IMG/VR virus record: IMGVR_UViG_3300020042_008991
Span: 1 to 28,789 of that record
Strand: one strand, 5' to 3'
Length of the DNA: 28,789 nt
From: a virus
Lineage: Duplodnaviria; Caudoviricetes
Numbering within the stretch: the stretch's first letter is position 1; every line of letters starts with the position of its first letter. Position numbers and translations under genes: made by a program. Below are positions 19,031 to 26,374 of the stretch, one piece after another. The notes under the pieces were generated by a model. That model was given only the letters and a program-made list of their open reading frames with translations. It had not been told where the DNA came from and made no database searches.

Positions 19031-19206
19031 TCTTCTCTCTCCAATCTAGCCTTCTGCGCCGCTTGCAGCGACGTATAGCGCTTGCTGTTACTTTTTAAAA
19101 AATAGATGCCGTCCAAAGACTTTTGTATCTCATCTATCACCTCCCCATCAGGGGCTTCCAATACCCACATCTGTAGGGTCCATTCCTTCCAAACAGGACG
19201 TTTCAC
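19027..19206 (-). CDS. 59-aa protein MKRPVWKEWTLQMWVLEAPDG... (not in ORF track)
   Basis: GTG start after GGAGG; stop overlaps the next ATG. Confidence 0.65.
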   Translation of the reverse strand: MKRPVWKEWTLQMWVLEAPDGEVIDEIQKSLDGIYFLKSNSKRYTSLQAAQKARLEREE

Positions 19207-19319
19207 CTATCCTCCCCCGCTGCCCATATCACCATAAGTAATATTGCTATGCCAATTACTAAGAAGAAACCAAGACCCAGCAGCCCCGAGATCATGGCTA
19301 TGTTGTGTACCGCTTCCAT
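19203..19319 (-). CDS. 38-aa single-pass membrane protein (not in ORF track)
   Basis: MEAVHNIAMISGLLGLGFFLVIGIAILLMVIWAAGEDR; SD AAGGAG; stop overlaps the downstream GTG. Confidence 0.6.
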   Translation of the reverse strand: MEAVHNIAMISGLLGLGFFLVIGIAILLMVIWAAGEDR

Positions 19320-19413
19320 GGACTATCTCCTTTACTAGTTCGTCCTTTAAACGCTGGTTCTCAATGACCAGCTCCCTCCAAGCTTTTAACGCAATCTTGG
19401 TGTCCTCGTCCAT
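19207..19413 (-). CDS. Hypothetical protein; 3' half overlaps the membrane-peptide gene
   Basis: TGATG coupling to the upstream gene; coiled-coil-like N-terminus. Confidence 0.55.
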   Translation of the reverse strand: MDEDTKIALKAWRELVIENQRLKDELVKEIVHGSGTQHSHDLGAAGSWFLLSNWHSNITYGDMGSGGG

Positions 19414-19640
19414 CAGTGTTTGCCTTCACCCGCTTGCTTCTTCAGCATGAACCGCAGACGTGCATACATGTCCACTGCCGTGTTTTGCATGTATTCCTTC
19501 ATGTCCAATTCGTCAGGGAGCACGGACAACGGAACACGGGCCTCGATGTAACAGCCCTCCCGCTCCATGGTCACAATGAATAGGTCTTGCGTGTCCTCTT
19601 CCATAGTCACGGGCAACGCGCCATTGATCTGTGATGTCAT
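19413..19640 (-). CDS. Hypothetical protein
   Basis: SD AGGAG; coupled. Confidence 0.7.
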   Translation of the reverse strand: MTSQINGALPVTMEEDTQDLFIVTMEREGCYIEARVPLSVLPDELDMKEYMQNTAVDMYARLRFMLKKQAGEGKH

Positions 19641-19849
19641 TCGTCTTCTCCTAAATCTGCCAACCGTTTATTGATCCGCGCAATACGGGCTTCGTTGTAT
19701 TGCAAAACGCTCTCCGCATATTCCAGTGCCGTCTCTGCACTTAGCTTGGATAAATATGCTTCCTTTAGTTCTTTCAATAAGATCTCACGCCGAGTCCGAG
19801 CCCGTAACGAGTCCCTCAGGAAATTGGTAAAAATGTCACGCCATGTCAT
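19637..19849 (-). CDS. Hypothetical coiled-coil protein
   Basis: Coupled; AETALEYAESVLQYNEARIARI. Confidence 0.7.
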   Translation of the reverse strand: MTWRDIFTNFLRDSLRARTRREILLKELKEAYLSKLSAETALEYAESVLQYNEARIARINKRLADLGEDE

Positions 19850-20037
19850 ACGTCATACCCCTCAGCATCTAAAAAATCTTCCCTGTCCTCTTTGCCCATT
19901 TCTGCATATGTTTGGAAGTGGTTCTCTTGGCAGCAGCTCAACCGCGAACCACGGCCCTCGGAGCAATAGCAACAGTACTGCGTATCGTCCGTCATGTAGA
20001 AATCATGCAGTTCCGCCTTGGTAATGCCTTTAATCAT
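19846..20037 (-). CDS. Small Cys-rich (zinc-binding) protein
   Basis: YCCYC and SCCQENHF; coupled. Confidence 0.7.
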   Translation of the reverse strand: MIKGITKAELHDFYMTDDTQYCCYCSEGRGSRLSCCQENHFQTYAEMGKEDREDFLDAEGYDV

Positions 20038-20273
20038 GGCTTTTTCTCCTCAAAATGCTTCTCAGCATCCTTGTAATAGGTCATAAACAGATGGATTGCG
20101 TTGTGCAGACTAAGTTCCGAGGCCCGAGCGACTCCGGCAGCAGCACGCAAAGCACCAATCGCACAGGAGCGCTTATCCTCCTTCGTGTCAAACATAGCCA
20201 CAGTCATGGCCGACGCCACAACAGTGGACGCTTGCTGCAATCTGCGCAGCTCTTCTTTGGTTGGTTGGGTCAT
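20034..20273 (-). CDS. Hypothetical protein
   Basis: Coupled ORF. Confidence 0.65.
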   Translation of the reverse strand: MTQPTKEELRRLQQASTVVASAMTVAMFDTKEDKRSCAIGALRAAAGVARASELSLHNAIHLFMTYYKDAEKHFEEKKP

Positions 20274-20494
20274 TCTTCTCTCGCTTTCATCATTGCGTCT
20301 GCCAATAAATATGCGCCTTTGGCAAGGTGAATCTGGTTAGCAAACAATTGGGTTTGCTGGCCTGCACACATGCCCTCCAAAGCTTTCGCTGCAAAGTAAT
20401 CGCGCAATGTCATGCCGTCTTGTGCTACGTAATCTACACCTTCAAGGTAAGTGTCTTCACTAAACGGTCTTGGAAATGCTGGTATATCGTTCAT
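20270..20494 (-). CDS. Widespread small phage protein (PAFP...GMTLRDYFAAKA...AY.LADAM family)
   Basis: All signature motifs present. Confidence 0.85.
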   Translation of the reverse strand: MNDIPAFPRPFSEDTYLEGVDYVAQDGMTLRDYFAAKALEGMCAGQQTQLFANQIHLAKGAYLLADAMMKAREE

Positions 20495-20799
20495 GGTAAT
20501 TTGCTCTCCGCGTAGGCCTCTGCAGCCTCTAACATAAATTGGGTCACCGCTTGGTCCTGAATGTCCGCAAGAATAGACTCATGCAAGATACCGCCAATGT
20601 CAAGGCCATCAGGCAAATACACATGCAACAAGTTCCACAGCTCCGGATAGTCGGGCTCCAACTTTAAACCAGACATCGGCTCAATCGAACCAATCTCCTC
20701 CTCCTCATACTCAAAGAAACACTCCAACGTCATACCGTTGAGCTCGTCACAGACAAAGCTGTATTGCGCTAAATCAGGGTGGGTAGGGATATTACTCAT
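20491..20799 (-). CDS. Highly acidic 102-aa hypothetical protein
   Basis: ATG at 20799 after GAAAGGA; about 21 D/E versus 2 K and no R (manual count). Confidence 0.7.
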   Translation of the reverse strand: MSNIPTHPDLAQYSFVCDELNGMTLECFFEYEEEEIGSIEPMSGLKLEPDYPELWNLLHVYLPDGLDIGGILHESILADIQDQAVTQFMLEAAEAYAESKLP

Positions 20800-20818
20800 A
20801 ACAGTCCTTTCAAAAAAA

Positions 20819-21046
20819 TTATTGGAGAGTGTCAGCATCACTGACTTGCATATCACCATAAGCAGCCTCTACACCCTCTACAAGGTCAGTCAAAGGCATG
20901 TCAATACCCTTGGCTAAAGCACCAAGGACCAAGATACACGTGGTCAGGGCTTCAAAAGGGTCTTTGTGGGTGGTGTTTAAATGGGTCATGAGGCTTTGAC
21001 CACGGGCCACGGTCTCGCTCATAAATGCCTCGGGGGTGTCATTCAT
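20819..21046 (-). CDS. Hypothetical protein, first gene of the leftward operon
   Basis: Preceded by the AGAAAGGATAGAG box and a promoter. Confidence 0.75.
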   Translation of the reverse strand: MNDTPEAFMSETVARGQSLMTHLNTTHKDPFEALTTCILVLGALAKGIDMPLTDLVEGVEAAYGDMQVSDADTLQ

Positions 21047-21084
21047 ACTCTATCCTTTCTGTTGTTAGTTGAATTACAGGGTGT

Positions 21085-21113
21085 ACTTTACGATACTCCC
21101 ATGTACTTGTCAA
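21085..21113 (-). promoter_or_regulatory. Sigma70-type promoter of the leftward small-gene operon
   Basis: TTGACA, 17 nt, TAAAGT on the - strand; GTATTGACAA context shared with the promoter at 7785. Confidence 0.75.
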
Positions 21114-21457
21114 TACTTTTTTAGTCCGCTGCTGTACAAATCTATAGGTACTTTCCCTATGTGTTTTGGTCTTATATATGCAAAATCATATAAGACAGGG
21201 GGTTTGTTAGATGTTTTTGTAGGTATATATAGACTTTTTTAGGACGAGTATGTTTTTGTTTTTTTATTTGTGAAAATAGACGTAATAGACGTAATGCCGT
21301 AATAAACAAGCACTGGTGCGGTCTACAGGGCATTACACTACCTTACGGAGGTAAGTTTAGTGTAATTTCTCTGGGGGGTTCCGTGAGATGCTTTTTGAAA
21401 AAATAAAAACTCTTTTTAGCAGCAAAAAGTCTATAGGGGGCCTTGGATTAAAAAAGG
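21114..21457. other. Putative replication origin or control region
   Basis: AT-rich divergent intergenic region with T/A tracts, CGTAAT x3 and nested inverted repeats. Confidence 0.45.
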
Positions 21458-21486
21458 TTGCTGCTTGGCTATTGCGTACGTAATAT
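21458..21486 (+). promoter_or_regulatory. Candidate sigma70 promoter for the terS operon
   Basis: TTGCTG, 17 nt, TAATAT. Confidence 0.5.
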
Positions 21487-21531
21487 ACCCCTGTTACACT
21501 CTGGTACTGGATTTTTACCGGAGTTACGGAG

Positions 21532-21747
21532 ATGTACAAAGTTGATACGGGAATTGATGTCCCTGACAGCCGAACCAAGTATCCATTTAGCGATATGGGG
21601 GTGGGCGATAGCATCCTGTTCGAGGAAAAGAAAACTGCGGAGAGTGCTCGGGTAGCGTCATTGCGGTTTGCTAGAGCACATAGGGGCAACTGGGTTTTCT
21701 CTTTGCGCAAGGTGGACAATGGTTGGCGTTTGTGGAGAATACGCTGA
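21532..21747 (+). CDS. Small putative DNA-binding protein (DUF7303-like)
   Basis: KYPFSDMGVGDSI and GWRLWR motifs; SD GGAG; TGATG coupling to terS. Confidence 0.75.
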   Translation: MYKVDTGIDVPDSRTKYPFSDMGVGDSILFEEKKTAESARVASLRFARAHRGNWVFSLRKVDNGWRLWRIR

Positions 21748-22418
21748 TGGGAAAAAAAGACGTTTGGAATGTGCCGCCTGTCGCGCCTGACAAGGCGCGC
21801 AAACGCATGTCTACTGAGGTGGCTCCGCTGCGCAAGCAGCGCCGGACGTTGAACGCCAAGGAATGGAAGTTTGTGTCCGAGCTTGTCAGTGGGGACGGCC
21901 GAGTGACAATGAAGGAGGCAGCTATACGGGCGGGATACAAACCGACCTCCGCTTCTGTTATGGCGTGGAAGCTGACAAACCCTGAGCTCAATCCGCATGT
22001 AGTGGCCGGAATACAGGCATACCGTGGGGAGCTCAATTCCAAATACAACACGTCGTATGAGCGGCACATGCGTGATCTGCAGATCATTCGCGATAAGGCC
22101 TTGGAAGCGGGAGCATTCGCTGCTGCAGTTCAGGCAGAGTATCGCCGTGGCCAAGCATTGGGCAGCATCTATGTGGACCGCAAAGAAATTCGCACTGGCA
22201 CGATTGACAGCATGAGCAAAGAAGAAGTCCAGAAGAAATTGGACGAGCTCAAGCGCTTGTATGGGGGACCTCCTCCGACTGCGCTGATCGATGCCGACAG
22301 CGGGAAAGTGATTGAAAGCCTTGAACGAGAAAAAGACCCCGTATTTGACGCTGGGGTGGAGCAGCCTCCCCTCGATATCTTTGAACAACATCCCGATATG
22401 GACGAAGATGAAACCTGA
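21747..22418 (+). CDS. terS: Terminase small subunit
   Basis: LNAKEWKFV..EAAIRAGY..SA..AWKL HTH motif, AAVQAEYRRGQA, YVDRKEI; ATG at 21747. Confidence 0.8.
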   Translation: MGKKDVWNVPPVAPDKARKRMSTEVAPLRKQRRTLNAKEWKFVSELVSGDGRVTMKEAAIRAGYKPTSASVMAWKLTNPELNPHVVAGIQAYRGELNSKYNTSYERHMRDLQIIRDKALEAGAFAAAVQAEYRRGQALGSIYVDRKEIRTGTIDSMSKEEVQKKLDELKRLYGGPPPTALIDADSGKVIESLEREKDPVFDAGVEQPPLDIFEQHPDMDEDET

Positions 22419-22827
22419 GGCAGCATTTGCGACTCGCGTGCGCGAAGGCCTGACCAAGTTTGGCGTGGATATCGAGAGAATCGAAAACCGCGTAAACCTT
22501 GGAATCCCTGACATGCTGTTAGGTGTGGGGGATCGATTTGTAATGATGGAGCTTAAAGTTGTGCAGCGGGGCCTGAAGGTTGGGCTGCGGCCACATCAAA
22601 TCGCGTTTATGGAAAGGCAGTCCGGAAAGGGACGCCCCTGTTTTATTTTGGTGCTGCAGTCCGGTGGGACTGTTTTAAAACCAGCGATGATTTATTTATA
22701 TCGTGGGCGCGATGCGATCGACCTTGCGAGTGTGGGGCTACGGCTGCCGCCACTTGGAAGCTGGCCCTCCCGTGGCATGGATTGGGAATACCTTTATAAA
22801 AAACTATCGGAAGTGGAAACCCGATAG
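22408..22827 (+). CDS. PD-(D/E)XK nuclease (VRR-NUC/Holliday junction resolvase-like)
   Basis: MKPE, RIENR..GIPD, MELK, LRPHQIAF motifs. Confidence 0.8.
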   Translation: MKPEAAFATRVREGLTKFGVDIERIENRVNLGIPDMLLGVGDRFVMMELKVVQRGLKVGLRPHQIAFMERQSGKGRPCFILVLQSGGTVLKPAMIYLYRGRDAIDLASVGLRLPPLGSWPSRGMDWEYLYKKLSEVETR

Positions 22828-22866
22828 AAATAATTCATTAGACATGGTGTACGCAAAGTGTACACT
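22804..22866 (+). promoter_or_regulatory. Promoter module 1 (palindrome plus sigma70 boxes)
   Basis: CTATCG-N12-CGATAG, 11 nt, TAGACA, 16 nt, TACACT. Confidence 0.75.
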
Positions 22867-22895
22867 GGGGGCCTCACAACAGAAAGGATAGAGTA

Positions 22896-23072
22896 ATGGA
22901 TATCGACAGCATGTCTTGCGATGAATGGCTTGCATATCATCGTCAAAGGGTGGACGCGCATTATGCGAAAGGGCTTGATTTAGTCCCTAATTCAACTTGC
23001 AGCACGTGTGACGTGCACAATGATTATGTGTGTTTTGAATGTGAATTGCTTCAACTTAGAAAGGATAGCTAA
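22896..23072 (+). CDS. 58-aa zinc-ribbon protein (not in ORF track)
   Basis: AGAAAGGATAGAG box; CSTC and CFEC pairs; stop abuts the next ATG. Confidence 0.7.
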   Translation: MDIDSMSCDEWLAYHRQRVDAHYAKGLDLVPNSTCSTCDVHNDYVCFECELLQLRKDS

Positions 23073-23450
23073 ATGAAAAAATTTAAGATTACTGCGTCAG
23101 AGATCACGCATTACGAGGCCGAAGTGCTTGCTGCAGATGAAAATCAGGCGTGGATGCTTGCGAGGGGAATGGACGGAAGCCTATTTAAAGAAGTAGGGAT
23201 TGGTGACTGGGCAGTTATTGACGCGGTGGAAATCCCCGTTCAATTGACGGCTGAACAATCCGCGTTTATCGATGCGTATTGCAACGGTGTGGGAGATTAT
23301 CCCGCTGAGGTTGTCACAGCTTGGTTTTTAATGGAAGACGGCGACGAGTTCAACGAACAATACGGGGCCGGAAATAGTGCGTATACGTCAATCGCTGATG
23401 CTCACAACATGTGGCATGCTGCGTTATCTTATGCACGGGAGAATAAATAA
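23073..23450 (+). CDS. Acidic hypothetical protein
   Basis: RBS AGAAAGGATAG; MKKFKITASE..YEAEV.A.DE..A N-terminal motif. Confidence 0.75.
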   Translation: MKKFKITASEITHYEAEVLAADENQAWMLARGMDGSLFKEVGIGDWAVIDAVEIPVQLTAEQSAFIDAYCNGVGDYPAEVVTAWFLMEDGDEFNEQYGAGNSAYTSIADAHNMWHAALSYARENK

Positions 23451-23647
23451 TGGCCAAAAACGTTTATTGTGCTTATCAAAGGCGCGCCGGTCCCGCGAAG
23501 GTTTTCAAGCTTAAGCGCGACGCGATCGCGTGGGGCTGTAAATATTTTGATGGGGTTTTTATTGTGCTGCCGATTGATAAAGCAAAGCTATCAGCAAAGC
23601 TAATCGATTTAAAAATACGATTAGACCTTGAACCCGTTATGGCATAG
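23450..23647 (+). CDS. Small basic hypothetical protein
   Basis: SD GGGAG; TAATG coupling. Confidence 0.65.
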   Translation: MAKNVYCAYQRRAGPAKVFKLKRDAIAWGCKYFDGVFIVLPIDKAKLSAKLIDLKIRLDLEPVMA

Positions 23648-23650
23648 GAT
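23588..23650 (+). promoter_or_regulatory. Degenerate promoter module inside a CDS end
   Basis: CTATCA-N11-CGATTT, 11 nt, TAGACC, 17 nt, TAGGAT. Confidence 0.5.
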
Positions 23651-23679
23651 TGCATCCCCAACTTAGAAGGAATAGAGAA

Positions 23680-24378
23680 ATGTTAAAAACCGTACCCGTC
23701 ACCGCTAACCGTAAAACCGGCCCAATTGCTGTAACTTATCGGAGCGGCGAACATCAAACCTATAGCACGTGCCCGAAAACGTGTGCACTGCACCCGAAGG
23801 CCGAAACCGGCACGGATCAAATAGACACCGAATATATGGCCGCGTTATTGGACGCGGTCCCGCGCCGTGGTCTTGCGTGGACTTATTCGCACTTTGCGGC
23901 GTGGCTGCTGCCAATTGCGAAGCGCGGTCAAACCGTGATCAATGCAAGCTGCGATACGGTGGCCGAGGCCGTCGCCGCCGTCAAGCTTGGACGGCCCGCC
24001 GTTTTAGCTGCCCCTGCAAATACGGCGGAGAGTTGGCCCCAAGTAGTGGACGGCGTCAAGTTCTATCGCTGCCCCGCTGAGTTGGCCGACAATTTCACTT
24101 GTGCCCAATGCGGAAACGGTTCCCCGTTATGCGCGAGGCCTGAGCGGCTCGATGTCGTGGTTTTTGTGGCCCATGGCACCGGCGCGAAAAAAGTAGGGAC
24201 CGGCGAAGGCGGTTGTTATGCTGCCAGTGGTCCCACGGCGATACAGTGGCACGGGACCAGAAAAAACGGCGTAGCGAATGATGCTCAAGCGCTTAAAGCT
24301 TTTGCAAAGTCGCTGCCCTCGGGCTCGATGCTGCGTCATCATGTGGCGGGCGATATCGGGCGGGAGCTAATAGCATGA
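23680..24378 (+). CDS. Cys-rich DUF7227-like (GP88/radical-SAM-related) protein
   Basis: NRKTGPI, TCPKTC, WTYSH, INAS, CPA, CAQC, LC, FVAHG, GCYA, LRHHVAGD; ATG at 23680 after AGAAGGAATAGAG. Confidence 0.7.
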   Translation: MLKTVPVTANRKTGPIAVTYRSGEHQTYSTCPKTCALHPKAETGTDQIDTEYMAALLDAVPRRGLAWTYSHFAAWLLPIAKRGQTVINASCDTVAEAVAAVKLGRPAVLAAPANTAESWPQVVDGVKFYRCPAELADNFTCAQCGNGSPLCARPERLDVVVFVAHGTGAKKVGTGEGGCYAASGPTAIQWHGTRKNGVANDAQALKAFAKSLPSGSMLRHHVAGDIGRELIA

Positions 24379-24440
24379 TATTTATAGGCTTATTGGTGTT
24401 TATCGTGCTTTATGCACTGGTGGACTTGTACGACGATTAA
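24375..24440 (+). CDS. 21-aa hydrophobic peptide MIFIGLLVFIVLYALVDLYDD (not in ORF track)
   Basis: ATGA overlap with the upstream stop; SD GGGAG. Confidence 0.5.
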   Translation: MIFIGLLVFIVLYALVDLYDD

Positions 24441-24577
24441 CCTAAGGGCTTACTAATGAGAATCAATAGCATTTGAGAGGGGATAATGCGAATTATTTGC
24501 ATTCGCACGGGTTAAAGTATTAAGGGGGTAAACTTGGCCCGTGGTCCCTGACGCATTACGCCTGAAACGTGGCGCGG

Positions 24578-24640
24578 CTATCGAAGGCCGCGCCCCGATA
24601 GAAATTATTCATTAGACACGGGGCCCAAGGCCCCTATAAT
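24578..24640 (+). promoter_or_regulatory. Promoter module 2
   Basis: CTATCG-N12-CGATAG, 11 nt, TAGACA, 16 nt, TATAAT. Confidence 0.8.
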
Positions 24641-24692
24641 TTGAACCATGCCGAGGCAATAGTGCACCGGCTAAACCAGAAGGAATAGAGTT

Positions 24693-25643
24693 ATGGCACA
24701 CATGATTGACGAAACCAGCGGCGCGGCCGCAATTGCATTTGTAGGCGCTACCCCATGGCATGGCCTCGGCCAAGCTTTGACGGCGGGCGCTGATATTGCC
24801 ACATGGACACGTGAGGCGCGCTTGGATTACACAGTTCTGGAAAGCCCCGTTCTATATAGAACGGCTGCAGCCTCAGAGCCCGAGTTATTCAAAGGGCGCA
24901 AAGTCTTGCACCGCTCCGATACCGGCGGAGCGCTGGCCGTGGTGAGTGACGGTTACCACGTGGTGCAACCCGCTGAAGTGATGGGCTTTTTTGAGCGCTT
25001 GGTGGGCCTCGGCGGTTTCCAATTGGAGACGGCCGGAGCATTGAGCTACGGCCGAAGGGTTTGGGCTTTAGCCTCAGTGGGCGAAGGCGCGGACGTTGTG
25101 GACGGTGACGTGGTGAAACCTTACTTGTTGCTGGGCACGTCATATGATGGGACCATGGCCACGGTTGCTAAATTTACAACTATTCGCGTGGTTTGCAATA
25201 ACACAATAACGGCTGCACTCAATGACACACAGGGCACGGTCCGCGTGTTGCATTCTGAGCGCTTCGATCCTGAGGCCGTGCGCCTCGAGCTGGGAATCGT
25301 GGCCAATAATTGGGAGCGCTTTTTGGTGCAATCGCGCCAGCTTGCTAAAGTAGAAATGTCAGCTATCGAGGCCGATAGCTTCGTGGCCGAGCTCCTGAAG
25401 CCTTATCACTCAGGCCGATTAGATGTAACCGAGTCACGCGCGTTTAAGAGAATTCGCGCGCTATTTGACGGCGCCTCAATTGGTAATGAGCTTGCTGGTG
25501 CATCGCGCTGGGGCATGTTGAACGCGGTAACCGAGCTGGTAGATCATGAGCGCGGACGTTCTGACAATACGCGCCTCGAGTCCGCATGGTTTGGCACTGG
25601 TGCCGCGATTAAGGCGCGCGCGCTGGAATTGTTGACGGCGTAA
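24693..25643 (+). CDS. DUF932-family phage/plasmid protein (TIGR03299-like)
   Basis: MAH..TPWHGLG, ETAGAL..GRRVW, LLLGTSYDGT, IRVVCNNT, WGMLNAVTE..DH, SAWFG. Confidence 0.88.
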   Translation: MAHMIDETSGAAAIAFVGATPWHGLGQALTAGADIATWTREARLDYTVLESPVLYRTAAASEPELFKGRKVLHRSDTGGALAVVSDGYHVVQPAEVMGFFERLVGLGGFQLETAGALSYGRRVWALASVGEGADVVDGDVVKPYLLLGTSYDGTMATVAKFTTIRVVCNNTITAALNDTQGTVRVLHSERFDPEAVRLELGIVANNWERFLVQSRQLAKVEMSAIEADSFVAELLKPYHSGRLDVTESRAFKRIRALFDGASIGNELAGASRWGMLNAVTELVDHERGRSDNTRLESAWFGTGAAIKARALELLTA

Positions 25644-25645
25644 GA

Positions 25646-25708
25646 CTATCGGGGCCGAGGCCCCGATAGAAATAATTGATTTGACGTGGTGCGTGGTGTT
25701 GCGATAAT
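25646..25708 (+). promoter_or_regulatory. Promoter module 3
   Basis: CTATCG-N12-CGATAG, 11 nt, TTGACG, 16 nt, GATAAT with TGn extension. Confidence 0.75.
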
Positions 25709-25741
25709 TGCAACACCACACCAGAAAATTTTCCCTCAATT

Positions 25742-25768
25742 GGTGGTGGCGGGGGTGGGTGGGCCCGC
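25742..25768 (+). repeat. 27-bp G-rich element, copy 1
   Basis: GGTGGTGGCGGGGGTGGGTGGGCCCGC, identical to 27403 and 27609. Confidence 0.95.
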
Positions 25769-25789
25769 ACTACTTTAGAAAGGATAGAG

Positions 25790-26104
25790 ATGTCGAATTG
25801 GTCAACACAGGAAAGTAAACCCAGCAATCCGGACGAATACAACGGCTGGTGTAACTATGCGACTTGGCGCGTTAATCTGGAAATCTTCGAGGGCTTCGAT
25901 CCTTACGATAATTTTCCCGATGATCAGGCCACCATGCGCGAATGGCTTGCTGACTCATTGAAAGAATATGCCGAGACTTTGATACATGAGGCGGGCGGTG
26001 GTAATGGCAATATCGCGGTGGATTACGCACTGGCTTTCTTGTCTGATGTGAATTGGTGCGAGATCGCGGATCACCTGATCGAGGACTATTCAAATGACAA
26101 TTGA
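25790..26104 (+). CDS. Acidic phage protein (DUF7249-like)
   Basis: YNGWCNYATWRVNL and VNWCEIA motifs. Confidence 0.75.
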   Translation: MSNWSTQESKPSNPDEYNGWCNYATWRVNLEIFEGFDPYDNFPDDQATMREWLADSLKEYAETLIHEAGGGNGNIAVDYALAFLSDVNWCEIADHLIEDYSNDN

Positions 26105-26324
26105 ACAACTGCAACACATCGCGGACATGTTGGTCCGCACCTATCGCGAAGAGATTCTTCGCGATGGCGACTGGTGGTTTGGGATCGATCATCACGACTT
26201 CAACATCCACAACCACGGACGCGAAGACTCTAATTTGTACAGCGTTAACGTGTACGAACAAAACAGCGAAGGCTTAAATATTTATTCCAAATGGATTGAT
26301 CTAAAGCCAATTTCTATTGTATAA
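26094..26324 (+). CDS. Hypothetical protein
   Basis: SD GAGGA; overlaps the upstream stop. Confidence 0.65.
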   Translation: MTIEQLQHIADMLVRTYREEILRDGDWWFGIDHHDFNIHNHGREDSNLYSVNVYEQNSEGLNIYSKWIDLKPISIV

Positions 26325-26331
26325 TTCAACC

Positions 26332-26351
26332 ATCTAATCGGCCGATTAGAT
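26332..26351. repeat. Perfect 20-bp palindrome in a leader
   Basis: ATCTAATCGGCCGATTAGAT, just after TATAAT (26320-26325; TTGATC 18 nt upstream). Confidence 0.75.
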
Positions 26352-26374
26352 ACAACCCTAGAAAGGATAGAGAA

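Noticed and set aside
21357-22514. 385-aa minus-strand ORF
   Set aside because: Antisense shadow of terS and its neighbours; no motifs and no clear RBS
7785-23679. Several upstream start calls in the ORF track (7785, 8113, 17278, 17478, 18340, 20859, 21723, 22312, 23650)
   Set aside because: Downstream starts have clear SD sequences and start/stop coupling
25646-25669. Hairpin after DUF932 as an intrinsic terminator
   Set aside because: No U tract on either strand; better explained as part of the promoter palindrome
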